Of a stretch of DNA of 64,000 nt, positions 53,832 through 64,000 are shown one piece after another. Under the pieces are notes generated by a model, which ran no database searches, had not been told where the DNA came from, and worked only from the letters and a program-made list of their open reading frames with translations. Made by a program: the position numbers and the translations under genes. Source of the DNA: a bacterium. GTDB lineage: Bacteria > Patescibacteriota > Minisyncoccia > UBA6257 > GWB1-50-10. Within the stretch, counting starts at the first letter, position 1. Each line of letters starts with the position of its first letter. The DNA is taken from positions 21,259-85,258 of the forward strand of contig JAJYWR010000005.1 of assembly GCA_021791395.1 (NCBI GenBank), read 5' to 3'.

Positions 53832-55679
53832 CTATATCTTTACGGCAACGGGCTTCAAGTGGAAGCTTTCGATAATCGCGTAAAACTCCTCTCTTTCCAG
53901 GGTTTCTTTTTCAATAAGGACATGGGCGATCTTATCAAGCGCATTCCGGTTTTTTACCACGATGTTCTTCGCTGCATCGAGCGTTTTCTTAATAAAAGCA
54001 TTGACCGCCTCGTCAATCTTGTTCCCAACCTCTTCCGAATAATCCTTTTCCGTGGAAATTTCTCTTCCCAAGAAGACCATTTCTTCAGTCTTCCCAAATG
54101 TCCGCGGACCGAGGTCGCTCATGCCATAATTGGTGACCATGTCCTTTGCCATTTCGGTAGCGCTCCGGATATCCGACGACGAACCCGTTGAAACATCGCC
54201 GAAGACAGTTGTTTCCGCAACGTAGCCGCCGAAGGCGACTGCCAAGTCGGCCAAGAACTGAGACTTCGTCCGAAGGTGCCGTTCTTCGAGAGGAAGTTTT
54301 AAAGTGTATCCACCGGCAAGGCCGCGCGATATAATCGAGACCTTGTGGACAGGATCTGCATCCTTGAGCATCGCGGCGACCAAGGCGTGTCCCGCCTCGT
54401 GATATGCCGTCACTTCTTTTTCTTTTTGGGAAATCGCCCGGCTTCGCCGCTCGGGCCCCAGCATCACTTTTTCGATCGAATCGAGGATATCTTGTTGCAT
54501 GACCACCTTTTCATTCTTCCGTGCCGCGAGAATTGCCGCTTCATTCACCAAGTTCGCGAGATCAGCGCCGGAAAATCCCGGCGTCCGTACCGCAACCGTG
54601 CGGGCGTCGATATTCTTGTCGAGTTTCTTACCGGTTAAGTGTATCTTCAAAATTTCTTCGCGATCGTTGATGTCGGGAATATCCAAAATCACCCGCCGGT
54701 CGAATCTGCCGGGGCGGAGAAGCGCCGAATCCAAAATATCGGGCCGATTCGTCGCTGCCATTACGATCACGTTCGAATCGCGATCGAAGCCGTCCATTTC
54801 GACGAGAATTTGGTTCAACGTCTGTTCGCGTTCATCGTGGCCGCCGCCGAGGCCGGCACCACGCTCGCGGCCAACGGCATCGATTTCGTCGATGAAGATG
54901 ATTGAGGGGGCTGCTTTTTTGGCTGTTTGAAAAAGATCACGCACACGCGATGCTCCCACGCCCACGAACATTTCAACGAACTCGGATGCCGAAATGTGGA
55001 AGAAGGGGACATTCGATTCGCCCGCGACCGCACGCGCGAGAAGCGTTTTCCCCGTACCTGGCGGGCCGACGAGGAGTACACCCCGGGGAATCCGCGCGCC
55101 GATTTCCAGGAATTTTTGCGGATGTTTCAAAAAATCAACCACTTCCGTCAATTCCTCTTTTGCTTCCTTGAGTCCTGCAACATCCTGAAAGGTCACCTTA
55201 TCCTTGTCTGAAGAAAAGAGTCGGATGTTCACTTTGCCGAAGCTGAAGGCTTGATTCGCACCGCTCTTTGCTTGCCGAAAAATGAGCCAAAAGATAACGA
55301 GCATCGCGAGGGTCGGGAGAAGCGTCGGGAGGAGAAGACTCATCCAATACCCGAAACCGCTCTGGTTTTCGACGCTGACGTTCACCGCGGCGAGCGAAGT
55401 TGAAGAAACGCCGAAACTTCGGAGCGTCTCCACAATTCCCGTTTCGGCTTCTTTTTGGGAGATTGCCGAACTGCCATTCATCATCGTCACTTTCAAATCG
55501 TTCCCATTCACGACGATCGTTTTTATCTTCCCCGCATTCACGTCCGCCGCCAGTTCTCCAATCGAGAGAGCTTGGGGGTTCGAATTCGATCCAGAGAAAT
55601 TCGCGAAGAGCGAAAACACAAAAGACACCGTGAAGAGGATTGCGAGGGCAATGAGAAAACTTCTAACGAATTTATTCAT
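53832..55679 (-). CDS. ftsH: ATP-dependent zinc metalloprotease FtsH
   Basis: It carries Walker A ([11 protein letters not shown]), Walker B (IIFIDEIDA), the SRH ([18 protein letters not shown]) and the zinc site (HEAGHA). Confidence 0.97.
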   Translation of the reverse strand: MNKFVRSFLIALAILFTVSFVFSLFANFSGSNSNPQALSIGELAADVNAGKIKTIVVNGNDLKVTMMNGSSAISQKEAETGIVETLRSFGVSSTSLAAVNVSVENQSGFGYWMSLLLPTLLPTLAMLVIFWLIFRQAKSGANQAFSFGKVNIRLFSSDKDKVTFQDVAGLKEAKEELTEVVDFLKHPQKFLEIGARIPRGVLLVGPPGTGKTLLARAVAGESNVPFFHISASEFVEMFVGVGASRVRDLFQTAKKAAPSIIFIDEIDAVGRERGAGLGGGHDEREQTLNQILVEMDGFDRDSNVIVMAATNRPDILDSALLRPGRFDRRVILDIPDINDREEILKIHLTGKKLDKNIDARTVAVRTPGFSGADLANLVNEAAILAARKNEKVVMQQDILDSIEKVMLGPERRSRAISQKEKEVTAYHEAGHALVAAMLKDADPVHKVSIISRGLAGGYTLKLPLEERHLRTKSQFLADLAVAFGGYVAETTVFGDVSTGSSSDIRSATEMAKDMVTNYGMSDLGPRTFGKTEEMVFLGREISTEKDYSEEVGNKIDEAVNAFIKKTLDAAKNIVVKNRNALDKIAHVLIEKETLEREEFYAIIESFHLKPVAVKI

Positions 55680-56771
55680 CTACTTCTTGAGCTTGAGATT
55701 AATTCTCCGTTCAGTCGATTTTACGCTTTCTATTATAAAGGAATATTGTTCTCCTTGCGAGAGCTCTTTTTTCATTTCCGGTACACCGCCGAATTCAGTA
55801 ACCCTGATAATACCCTGGAAACCGTGATCCAGGTTCACGACGGCACCGAATTGATTCAAAGAATAAACCGTTCCCACAACTTCGTCTCCGTCCTTGAAAT
55901 ATTCTGAAACCTTCACCCACGGATCTTCTTTCAGAGCCTTGAGCGACAGCGAAATCCTGCCGTCTTTGATGTCGACAATTTTCGCCTTTACGACTTCATC
56001 AACCTTCAAAACTTCTTTGGGGTTTTCGATGATCCTCCAGTCGATTTCGGAAACGTGCACGAAACCTTCGACGGCCGGATTATCGGTAAACCGGAGGAAC
56101 GCGCCGAAATCAGCAACGCCCGAAATAATCCCCTCGATGACTTGCCCGACAGCGTAGTTCTTTGCGAGATCACGGGCAGAAAGTTCCTGCACCGCCTTCT
56201 CGGAAACGATGAGCTTCGAGGTTCGGGGGTTTACATCGATGATCTTTACTTCAAGCTCGGAGCCCACGAGGAGCTGGAGTGACTGGAAAATCTTCGATTT
56301 TTCCTCCTCGCTTACTTTCGGATAATGATCTTGTGAGAGCTGAGAAACCGGCAGGAATGCGGAGAGTCCTTTTATTTCCGCCATAAGCCCTCCCTTATTG
56401 AATCCGGTAATTTTTACTTTTAATATCTCTTCCTTTTCTTTCAATTCTTGGACTTCGGTCCACGATTTCTGTTTATCTGCTTCGGAAAGCGACAGTTCTA
56501 CGAGTCCTTCGTCGTTGTCGATATCAATGACTTTTGCATGAACTGCGTCTCCGGTATTCAAATTCTTTATATATTCCTTCGCATTTTGAAGTTCGCCGCG
56601 GTACACCGCGCCGGTCCCGTATTTCCCAAGATCAATGAAAAGCTTCGCTGATCCCTTTTCCAGGATTTTTCCTTCCACAAGATCGCCGACTCGGAGCGTC
56701 GGCAAAAACGAGTGGTTCGTCTTCAAAATTTGCCCGATAAGCCCTCCCCCGTTTTTTATATTGATCGTCAT
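55680..56771 (-). CDS. rpsA: 30S ribosomal protein S1-like protein (four S1 domains)
   Basis: It has four repeated S1 OB-fold motifs (GDLVEGKI.., GDAVHAKV.., GSELEVKI.., GQVIEGII.., GDEVVGTV..). Its stop abuts the ftsH start. Confidence 0.8.
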   Translation of the reverse strand: MTINIKNGGGLIGQILKTNHSFLPTLRVGDLVEGKILEKGSAKLFIDLGKYGTGAVYRGELQNAKEYIKNLNTGDAVHAKVIDIDNDEGLVELSLSEADKQKSWTEVQELKEKEEILKVKITGFNKGGLMAEIKGLSAFLPVSQLSQDHYPKVSEEEKSKIFQSLQLLVGSELEVKIIDVNPRTSKLIVSEKAVQELSARDLAKNYAVGQVIEGIISGVADFGAFLRFTDNPAVEGFVHVSEIDWRIIENPKEVLKVDEVVKAKIVDIKDGRISLSLKALKEDPWVKVSEYFKDGDEVVGTVYSLNQFGAVVNLDHGFQGIIRVTEFGGVPEMKKELSQGEQYSFIIESVKSTERRINLKLKK

Positions 56772-56853
56772 GATGATTGTTGCTCAAGCGCCGTTGATAG
56801 GGCCCCAAGCGAAGAAATGATAGCAGGAACGACCAAGGATGTCCACCTTGCAG

Positions 56854-56986
56854 AAAACCCAAAATCCAAATTCCAAATGCCACATCAGACTTCGATAATC
56901 AAACATCAAAGTGTCTTTCATTTTTTCATTCGGATTTTGATATTGATTGGGCATTTGTCATTTGAGCCTTGTCATTTTAAAATAGG
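56854..56986. repeat. paired 7-nt-periodic arrays in the divergent rpsA / 56990 promoter region
   Basis: The left array is AAAACCC AAAATCC AAATTCC AAATGCC. The right array has T-rich units of opposite polarity (..GATTTTG ATATTGA TTGGGCA TTTGTCA TTTGAGC CTTGTCA TTTT..). Confidence 0.75.
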
Positions 56987-56989
56987 GAC

Positions 56990-57562
56990 ATGGTAATCAC
57001 ACGCCAAGGAGACGGGTACTTCAAACTGCAATCCGGTGAAAAAGCGGTGCTTATCGACCCAGACAATCAGCGATCGTACAAGGGATCGATTCTCATCGTC
57101 GCAACAACGAAACCTTCCTTAACCGAGCCCGAGGATGGCGGACCGTTCTTTATCGATGGACAAGGAGAATATGACGTTTCCGAAATACGGATCGAGGGCA
57201 AAACCGCCGAGCACGAAGGGGAGGGGGTCGAAAAAACGGCCTACCGGATCGTTTTCGACGATATTGTGATCGGTGTTTTAGGTCCCGTTAAAAAGGAGCC
57301 GGACCCGAAGGTTGTGGAAGTTCTCCAAGACTGCGATATCCTCATTTTGCCGGGAGGAGAAAAACCATACCTCAATGCTTCTGCCGTCGCCAAGATGATA
57401 CGTCAAACCGAACCAGGCATCATCATTCCCTCTTTCACTAAAAACCCGAAAGAACTTTTAAAAGAGTTGGGCCAAGAAAACGGCAAACCGGAAGAAAAAT
57501 TGACCTTGAAGAAAAAAGATATTTCTCCCAAGGCAATGACCGTCGTGTGGCTTACCGCTTAA
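56990..57562 (+). CDS. hypothetical protein, possibly a degenerate MBL-fold (UPF0173-like) protein
   Basis: The overall pattern (KAVLIDP..., DILILPGG) resembles the family, but I saw no HxHxDH motif. Confidence 0.35.
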   Translation: MVITRQGDGYFKLQSGEKAVLIDPDNQRSYKGSILIVATTKPSLTEPEDGGPFFIDGQGEYDVSEIRIEGKTAEHEGEGVEKTAYRIVFDDIVIGVLGPVKKEPDPKVVEVLQDCDILILPGGEKPYLNASAVAKMIRQTEPGIIIPSFTKNPKELLKELGQENGKPEEKLTLKKKDISPKAMTVVWLTA

Positions 57563-57568
57563 CGGGCT

Positions 57569-58048
57569 ATGCCAAACAGAGAGAAGACAAAAGACTTCAT
57601 CAAAAAACTCCAAGAGAAGGACGAAAAAACGAAGCGCGTGTATCTTGCGGTCGCTTCATCGGTTTCCATGATCGTCATCGTTCTCCTTTGGATTCTCTAC
57701 CTCAACTTTACCGTCCCAATGGTCGGGCAAGGGAACGCGACCTCTACTGCGGCGCCCACGACGACCATCGATTATATTCCCCGACCAGCGGGAAACGCCT
57801 CCGGCAATTCATTTCTTAATACCCTCGGCAGAGGATTTTCCAATGTCTCAGACGGCCTCGTGAACGGGGTTGAAAACCTCACCAACCAAATAGGGTCTTT
57901 TGTTTCCCGCTTGGAGGAACAAATACGGGGTGAATTTCAAAAAACGAACACTTTCAACATCCAAGGAGGGACCCAAACTATAACGCCGACCTTCACGCCA
58001 CCCGCAACCACAACCCTTGAGACGATCCCCACGACGACACTTCCATAG
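57569..58048 (+). CDS. hypothetical membrane-anchored Thr-rich protein
   Basis: It has a single TM helix (VYLAVASSVSMIVIVLLWILYL) followed by a low-complexity region. Confidence 0.4.
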   Translation: MPNREKTKDFIKKLQEKDEKTKRVYLAVASSVSMIVIVLLWILYLNFTVPMVGQGNATSTAAPTTTIDYIPRPAGNASGNSFLNTLGRGFSNVSDGLVNGVENLTNQIGSFVSRLEEQIRGEFQKTNTFNIQGGTQTITPTFTPPATTTLETIPTTTLP

Positions 58049-58079
58049 AATTTTGAACGCTGATGATTTCCACTCTCGT

Positions 58080-58327
58080 ATCAAACCATCTCGGAGACCG
58101 AGCGGGCATGGTGGGAAGGAAAACAGCACCATCCTCTCGGCACCGAGTGTTCCTTGGCTCCAGCGGCCAAGGCCGCTCTGCGCTCTCGCTCTGGTTTCTG
58201 CCAAGAGCAGACCAAGTAAACCAGAGCTCCGAGAGCTGCCGTTCGGACAGTACTGTTTTCCTTCCCGAGTGAGGTTGAGAGCGAGCGCGAATTCCTCGCC
58301 GGGGAATTCGATAGCGTGTTTGAAGAG
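58080..58327. repeat. composite intergenic repeat: a family 1 element interrupted by a family 2 long-hairpin element (58113..58266)
   Basis: The outer arms (58080..58112 and 58267..58327) match 29455..29563. The inner element has perfect 14-bp terminal inverted repeats (GGGAAGGAAAACAG/CTGTTTTCCTTCCC) and a core homologous to 39978..40029. Confidence 0.8.
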
Positions 58328-58393
58328 AGGGCGGAAATCGTCAGCTCATTTGATTCTTGGTTCGTAATCGCCGATAATGAAGAGGCTTATATT

Positions 58394-60835
58394 ATGGAAG
58401 AACAGAGAGAGCAGGGAAAAATAGAAGAAAAAGAAATAACCGCTGAACTTTCGGAAAGCTATTTGGACTACGCGATGTCCGTCATTGTCTCGCGCGCCCT
58501 CCCGGATGTTCGGGACGGCCTAAAGCCAGTGCAACGGAGAATTTTGTGGGCGATGTGGGATACGGGACTCACCCACAGCGCGAAATTCAAGAAATCCGCG
58601 AACGTCGTGGGAGAAGTACTCGGCAAATATCATCCGCATGGCGATATGGCGGTTTACGATGCCTTGGCCCGCATGGCCCAGGACTTTTCGCTCCGATATC
58701 CCCTGATCGACGGGCAGGGAAACTGGGGGTCCGTCGACGGCGACAGTCCGGCCGCCATGCGGTACACCGAAGCGCGGCTTTCGAGGATCGCCGAAGAAAT
58801 GCTCATCGACATCGAGAAAGAAACGGTCAATTGGATTCCCAATTACGACTCGACGCGTGAAGAACCTCAATTCCTTCCCGCCAAACTCCCGAACTTACTT
58901 TTGAACGGCACAGTCGGCATCGCTGTCGGCATGGCCACATCCATTCCGCCCCATAACCTCGGGGAAGTGGCGGACGCGGTCGCTCACCTCGCAAAAAATC
59001 CTGACGCAACGGTAAAAGATCTCATGCAATTCATCCAAGGGCCCGATTTTCCGACGGGCGGTCTTGTATATGGTAAGAAATCGCTCGAAGAAGCGTACTC
59101 AACCGGCAAGGGCTCCATTACGATGCGCGCAAAAGCCGACATTGAAGAGCGAAAGAGCGGTAGTTTTCAAATCGTCATCACGGAAATCCCGTACCAAGTC
59201 AACAAAGCCGACCTCATCACGAAGATCGCGGAACTCGTCCAAGAAAAGAAAGTCGAGGGCATCAAGGATGTCCGCGACGAATCGGACCGCGAAGGTCTTC
59301 GGATCGCAATCGATCTCAAGACTGACGCGAATCCGCAAAAAATCTTGAATCAACTCTTCGAATACACCGAGCTCCAGAAAAATTTCTATTACAATATGCT
59401 CGCCTTGGTCGACGGCATCCAACCGCAAGTCCTTTCCCTGAAAGACGTCCTCTCACAATACCTTGAACATCGGAAAGTCATCATTCGCCGGCGAACCGAA
59501 TTCGACCTCAAGAAAGCCGAAGAACGGGCGCATATCCTAGAGGGATTGGTAACCGCGCTCGACGTCATCGACAAAATCATCGCGACCATCAAGAAATCGA
59601 AAGACAAGGAAACCGCGAAGGCAAACCTGATGAAGAATTTCAAACTCTCCGCGCTCCAAGCTGATGCGATTCTCGAAATGAAATTGCAATCCTTGGCCGC
59701 CCTCGAGCGGATTAAATTGGAGGACGAATTGAAGGAAAAGAAGAAAATGATCGCGGAGTTTAAGCTTATCCTAAAGGAACCGAAACGAATCCTTGCGATC
59801 ATCGAAGGGGATCTCGAGTATTTGAAAAAGACGTTCGATAATCCCCGAAAAACGAAAGTCGTTGCCGGCGGCCTCAAGGAATTCAACGAAGAGGATTTGA
59901 TACCGGAAGGGGATTCGATTATCGCAATTTCCGAAGACGGTTACATTAAACGGATGCCGCCCGACACGTTCCGCGCTCAAAAGCGCGGAGGAAAGGGATT
60001 GATCGGCGCAGAGCTCAAGGAGGAAGATAAGATCTCACAAATCATTTATGCTTCGACGCACGACAATATTCTCTTCTTTACCAACAAGGGGCGGGCATTC
60101 CAAACGAAGGCGTACGAAATACCCGAAGCGTCACGCACTTCGAAAGGAAAATCAATCTACAACTTCCTCGAGGTACCGGTAACGGAAAAGGTGAGCGCCG
60201 TCATTTCATATCCCAAGGATACGAAAGAGGGGTATCTCGTCATGATCACGAGAGGCGGCATCGTGAAAAAAACTCCACTCGAGGATTTTGAAAATGTCCG
60301 ACGGACCGGCATTATCGCCATCAAGCTTTCTCCCGATGACGCGCTTCTTTGGGTCAAACTTTCCGGGGGCAGCGATGAAGTAATCCTCGCGACAACAAGA
60401 GGCCAAGCCATTCGATTTAAAGAAAAAGATGTGCGAGAAATGGGACGAACCGCGGGAGGAGTGAAGGGCATCTCCCTTAAAAAGAATGATGTGGTTTCCG
60501 GAGCCGACATCGTGCCCACGAAGTCAGTCGGAAACTCGCGCCTCCTTGTTGTTATGGCGAACGGCTTCGGAAAGCAAACAAACCTTAAAGAATATAAAAT
60601 ACAAAGGAGAGGCGGCTCGGGGATCAAGACGGCAAACATCACCGACAAAACGGGAACCGTCATCGGCGCTCACGTCGTAGGAGATGAAATCACGGAACTG
60701 ATTGCTTTTTCCTCGAAGGGCCAAGCCATTAAGATACCCCTGAAAGACGTGCGAGTTCTCGGGAGAGCGACCCAAGGTGTTAAAATTATGAATGTAGATA
60801 AAGGAGATACTTTGGTCGGCATTGTTGCCTTATGA
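58394..60835 (+). CDS. gyrA: DNA gyrase subunit A
   Basis: It carries [11 protein letters not shown], and [10 protein letters not shown] containing the catalytic Tyr. The ORF 58316.. is trimmed to MEEQREQGK because the extension overlaps the repeat element. Confidence 0.97.
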   Translation: MEEQREQGKIEEKEITAELSESYLDYAMSVIVSRALPDVRDGLKPVQRRILWAMWDTGLTHSAKFKKSANVVGEVLGKYHPHGDMAVYDALARMAQDFSLRYPLIDGQGNWGSVDGDSPAAMRYTEARLSRIAEEMLIDIEKETVNWIPNYDSTREEPQFLPAKLPNLLLNGTVGIAVGMATSIPPHNLGEVADAVAHLAKNPDATVKDLMQFIQGPDFPTGGLVYGKKSLEEAYSTGKGSITMRAKADIEERKSGSFQIVITEIPYQVNKADLITKIAELVQEKKVEGIKDVRDESDREGLRIAIDLKTDANPQKILNQLFEYTELQKNFYYNMLALVDGIQPQVLSLKDVLSQYLEHRKVIIRRRTEFDLKKAEERAHILEGLVTALDVIDKIIATIKKSKDKETAKANLMKNFKLSALQADAILEMKLQSLAALERIKLEDELKEKKKMIAEFKLILKEPKRILAIIEGDLEYLKKTFDNPRKTKVVAGGLKEFNEEDLIPEGDSIIAISEDGYIKRMPPDTFRAQKRGGKGLIGAELKEEDKISQIIYASTHDNILFFTNKGRAFQTKAYEIPEASRTSKGKSIYNFLEVPVTEKVSAVISYPKDTKEGYLVMITRGGIVKKTPLEDFENVRRTGIIAIKLSPDDALLWVKLSGGSDEVILATTRGQAIRFKEKDVREMGRTAGGVKGISLKKNDVVSGADIVPTKSVGNSRLLVVMANGFGKQTNLKEYKIQRRGGSGIKTANITDKTGTVIGAHVVGDEITELIAFSSKGQAIKIPLKDVRVLGRATQGVKIMNVDKGDTLVGIVAL

Positions 60836-62139
60836 ATTTTTCAAAACAACAACTCATCATCTTCGGAGGAATCGGCCTCTTGATCCTTGTCCTCATTCTC
60901 GTCTTCGCGGGAATTCTCCCCGGATCGAAGACCTCGACAAATAACCCGGCAAACACCCAGGGGGGTCTTACAATGTGGATCTACGGCGATCAACCTTCCT
61001 TTTACAATCAAGCTATCGCCGCATTCAACGCAACCTATCCGCACGTCAAGGTGGACGTTCGAGCATTCGGTAATTACGGAACCTATTCCCAAACGCTTCT
61101 CGAGGCCATGGCGTCCGGCCAAGCACCCGATATTTTCATGATCCCCTCAACCGAACTCCCAACGTACTTCAATAAGATCGTCCCCGTGAGCTCGGCGCTC
61201 TTCTCGCCGTTCAACTTGCAGCAAGATTTCCCCGCAGTCGTCTACCAAGATTTCGTATCCGGACAATACGTGTACGGACTCCCACTTTCCCTCGATACGA
61301 TGGCTCTTTTTTACAACAAAGATCTCTTTACAAAGGCGGGGATTGTGTATCCGCCCGCGACCTGGCAAGATTTCGACCGCATCGTTCCGTCCCTCACGCA
61401 AATTTCATCGACCGGCACCATCGATCAAGCAGCGGCAGCCATCGGCACGTCGAACGCAAATATCGACCACGCGACCGATCTCTTGTCGCTCCTTATGCTC
61501 CAAACGGGCACCACGATAACCAACGCAACAAAGAATCAGGCGACGTTTGCCGTCGACACCGGCTTCAACGCCTTCAAATTTTACACTCAATTTTCTGACC
61601 CCAAGAATAATCTGTATACGTGGAACGACAATATGCCCGATTCGCTCGATGCGTTTGCAACAAACAAAGTCGCCATGATCTTCGATTATGAATCGGCCGT
61701 GAACCAACTGAAGGCAAAAAATTCTTTCTTGAACTACGGTATTGCGCCCGTTCCCCAACCGGCTTCGTCAACGGCATACGTTTCCTACCCGGACTATGCC
61801 GGCTTCGTCGTTTCCAAGCAGTCGAGGTACCAGTCGCTTGCGTGGACGCTCATTCTCTCCATGACAACAAATGCCCAAAACGCCAATTCGTACGTCACCG
61901 CATCGGGCAACCCCCCGGCGCTCCTTTCACTTATTCAAAGCCGCCTCCAAGACCCGAATCTTTCGGTCTTCGCAAAACAAGCTCTCTACGCCCGGTCGTG
62001 GTATGGACCGAACCGGACTTCTATTGCAAGCGTCCTTTCGCAGATGATCGATGCATACGTGACCGGCCAAACAAGCCTTCAAACCGCCGTGAAAGAGGCG
62101 GCGAACCAAGTGACGAGTATAATGAATAGTGGACTCTGA
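60832..62139 (+). CDS. extracellular solute-binding protein (ABC-type, family 1-like), TM-anchored, with no adjacent permease or ATPase genes
   Basis: It has an N-terminal TM helix. The pattern is LTMWIYGD...[19 protein letters not shown]...[15 protein letters not shown]. Confidence 0.7.
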   Translation: MNFSKQQLIIFGGIGLLILVLILVFAGILPGSKTSTNNPANTQGGLTMWIYGDQPSFYNQAIAAFNATYPHVKVDVRAFGNYGTYSQTLLEAMASGQAPDIFMIPSTELPTYFNKIVPVSSALFSPFNLQQDFPAVVYQDFVSGQYVYGLPLSLDTMALFYNKDLFTKAGIVYPPATWQDFDRIVPSLTQISSTGTIDQAAAAIGTSNANIDHATDLLSLLMLQTGTTITNATKNQATFAVDTGFNAFKFYTQFSDPKNNLYTWNDNMPDSLDAFATNKVAMIFDYESAVNQLKAKNSFLNYGIAPVPQPASSTAYVSYPDYAGFVVSKQSRYQSLAWTLILSMTTNAQNANSYVTASGNPPALLSLIQSRLQDPNLSVFAKQALYARSWYGPNRTSIASVLSQMIDAYVTGQTSLQTAVKEAANQVTSIMNSGL

Positions 62140-63695
62140 TGAAACGGGGGATTATCAAAAAATTGGCGATTACATCCGCTTTCGGGGCATTTATCGTCCT
62201 CTTTTTTGCGGCTCACGGATTCGCCCTTGCCCAAGGCACCGGCATCTGGGCTGATACGAGCTGCGCGGCGCGGAGTACGACGGGCGGTCCCGTCGGCCCC
62301 TGCGATTTCTGCGATGCAATCATCGTCACAAACAACATCATCCAGATGCTCTTTAAGTTCTCGCTTGGAATCGGAACGCTCATGATCGTCATCGGCGGCG
62401 TTGCCATGATCATTTCGGCGGGTAGTAAGGAAAAATTCGAAAAAGGAAAAAAAATTCTCGTGAAAGCGGTGACCGGCGTCGCTATTGCTCTCCTCTCGTG
62501 GATCATCGTCTCGACGGTCATCCGCGTCCTCACAGGGAGTTCCGCATTCCCCTGGAACCAAATTTCCTGCACCCACAACCCGCAATTGCAACCCTTGAAT
62601 TCGCTGCCGAATCTCGCAACCGCCTCAAGCACATATATGAAGGTTGCCTCGAACGGCTCGTATGCCTGCAGTGCGAGCGGCAATACCTGCAACAACTCTG
62701 ACTTCAGTGGTTCATTCTGCAGTACAGCAACATGCTATGCAGGCGACAAGACCGAATGCGGACAACCGGCCGTCGGAACCACTACCGTGTGGGCTCCGGC
62801 AAATTCGGCGACGACCTACGGCAGCGCGACGATCTACGATTGCTCCGCGGGGTATACTTCCCAATCGGCCTGTGAAAGCGGTTCCGGAACTTCCTGCACG
62901 CCCATTACGACAAATGGAGCAAACCCCCAAGATTCCCAGCCGACTCAAACGGCCGCAAGTCAATACATCATCCATGCGGCAATCGGGAACGATGGAACGT
63001 TCCACTGCGGCACGTCGACTATTCAAAATGTTCCCGCCAACGCACAAATTTACGAATTGGGGCAGATGCCGTTTTTAACCGATAAATGGACTAATCTCGG
63101 CGGCTTTACCGACGCCTGCAAATCCGAGATAATCAACGGCTCGATGCAGGACAACTGGTGCGGCGCGAACGTCGTCAACAATCTTGACGAAATGAACTGG
63201 ATAACGGGCTGCGTCCCGTTCGGAGTAAATCTCGGCACTGATTGGACATATTTCAAGTGGGCACTGAACGGCGGGGCACTTTGCAGCCCCTCCGGAAAGA
63301 GCTGCAATGACATCGTGGGGGCGGACCCCAACGATCCGTGTCTCGTAGGGCGCAAGTCCATCATTAAGTGCGGTGAAGGAGGAACGACGTACGCTAAAAT
63401 TTCCAACAACGGCGTGTGGGCCTGCGGATACCCGGCAAGCCAAATACAGGGGGCTCCCATCAACGCCACTACATATACCGTCGGGCAGGGTTACTTCATA
63501 AATACTTCGCTATGTGGTGAGAAGGTTTTGCCGAACTTTCCCACCACGCCCCCCAACGCCGTTTACGCCAAAAAACTGAGTGACGGTAAGTATACCTGCA
63601 GCTTTATTGACTGCAATATGCCGAATTCCGATCCGAATGCCGACTGCATCATCCTCCCTGGACTTGAGCAATGCGAAGGACAAGTCCTACACTGA
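62139..63695 (+). CDS. TrbC/VirB2-like (T4SS-pilin family) domain fused to a ~370-aa Cys-rich extracellular domain
   Basis: It has a signal peptide, a CDFCD pair, and two TM helices flanking the GGVAMIISAGSKEKFEKGKK loop. The C-terminal region then has about 23 Cys by my count and repeated x-SNG-x-Y/W-x-C modules. Confidence 0.6.
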   Translation: MKRGIIKKLAITSAFGAFIVLFFAAHGFALAQGTGIWADTSCAARSTTGGPVGPCDFCDAIIVTNNIIQMLFKFSLGIGTLMIVIGGVAMIISAGSKEKFEKGKKILVKAVTGVAIALLSWIIVSTVIRVLTGSSAFPWNQISCTHNPQLQPLNSLPNLATASSTYMKVASNGSYACSASGNTCNNSDFSGSFCSTATCYAGDKTECGQPAVGTTTVWAPANSATTYGSATIYDCSAGYTSQSACESGSGTSCTPITTNGANPQDSQPTQTAASQYIIHAAIGNDGTFHCGTSTIQNVPANAQIYELGQMPFLTDKWTNLGGFTDACKSEIINGSMQDNWCGANVVNNLDEMNWITGCVPFGVNLGTDWTYFKWALNGGALCSPSGKSCNDIVGADPNDPCLVGRKSIIKCGEGGTTYAKISNNGVWACGYPASQIQGAPINATTYTVGQGYFINTSLCGEKVLPNFPTTPPNAVYAKKLSDGKYTCSFIDCNMPNSDPNADCIILPGLEQCEGQVLH

Positions 63696-63710
63696 TCCGT
63701 TTTTGATATA

Positions 63711-64000
63711 ATGAAATCAATGAAAAAAATAGCGCTTCTCCTCGCCATCGTCTTTGCCTTTACCTCGGGCAGCATCGCTCTCGCCGATCTTAATCCGCCA
63801 AGCCCTTCAGCAACGAACATCACCCTCATCAACCCTTTGGGCGGCGGCAATAGCGACATTTCAAGCGTCATCAACAACGTCATGCAGTGGCTTATTATGG
63901 CGGGATCTCCCATTGCGGCGCTCATGGTCGTCGTCGGTGGCATCCAAATTCTTACCTCCGGCGGAGAGCCAGAAAAGTTCAAAAAAGGCAGACAGACAAT
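63711..64000 (+). CDS. TrbC/VirB2-like T4SS-pilin family protein (3' end beyond the window)
   Basis: This ORF is absent from the supplied track because it has no in-window stop. My translation is MKSMKKIALLLAIVFAFTSGSIALADLNPP...ISSVINNVMQWLIMAGSPIAALMVVVGGIQILTSGGEPEKFKKGRQT. Confidence 0.6.
   Translation, partial: MKSMKKIALLLAIVFAFTSGSIALADLNPPSPSATNITLINPLGGGNSDISSVINNVMQWLIMAGSPIAALMVVVGGIQILTSGGEPEKFKKGRQT

Noticed and set aside
58113-58266. Small (4.5S-type) SRP RNA assignment for the long-hairpin elements here and at 39958..40097
   Set aside because: Both are long hairpins of roughly the right size, but neither has the conserved GGAA tetraloop flanked by the asymmetric-loop AGCAG motif in the correct arrangement. 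The presence of two diverged copies argues for a repeat family.

Overview
The window is a densely packed, mid-GC bacterial chromosome segment that uses the standard code, with TGA acting as a stop. Gene content suggests a reduced Patescibacteria/CPR (Parcubacteria-like) genome; this is inferred from content only, without any database search. Supporting content includes many translation, replication and envelope housekeeping genes, a membrane pyrophosphatase, and TrbC/VirB2-like T4SS-pilin genes.

I call about 60 CDS:
- aminoacyl-tRNA and tRNA-related: leuS, metG, glyQS, valS, tsaD, truB, dus
- replication, repair and division: recA, recO, gyrA, ftsK
- other housekeeping: ftsH, nusA, rpsA-like, murD, folD, glyA, hppA
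- an operon headed by an ECF sigma factor and ending in a MacAB-type efflux system

There are 7 tRNAs, including a tRNA with anticodon UAU, and several intrinsic terminators. I saw no rRNA, CRISPR array, transposase or integrase.

Observations worth a second look:
1. Three families of short AT-rich, mostly 7-nt-periodic sequence modules lie in frame inside leuS, tsaD and valS. Related modules also lie in promoter-proximal intergenic DNA.
2. Two families of GC-rich hairpin-forming intergenic repeats are present, one nested inside the other, which is MITE-like behaviour.
3. A low-GC islet carries a stand-alone RelA/SpoT-homologue synthetase with a C-terminal extension. It sits next to a NUDIX gene and a tRNA-Ser gene.
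4. One polypeptide fuses an L,D-transpeptidase to a D,D-carboxypeptidase.
5. A pilin-like protein is fused to a large Cys-rich domain.
6. There are several candidate small RNAs, leaders and micro-ORFs.

All product calls come from motif recognition by eye. No searches were run.
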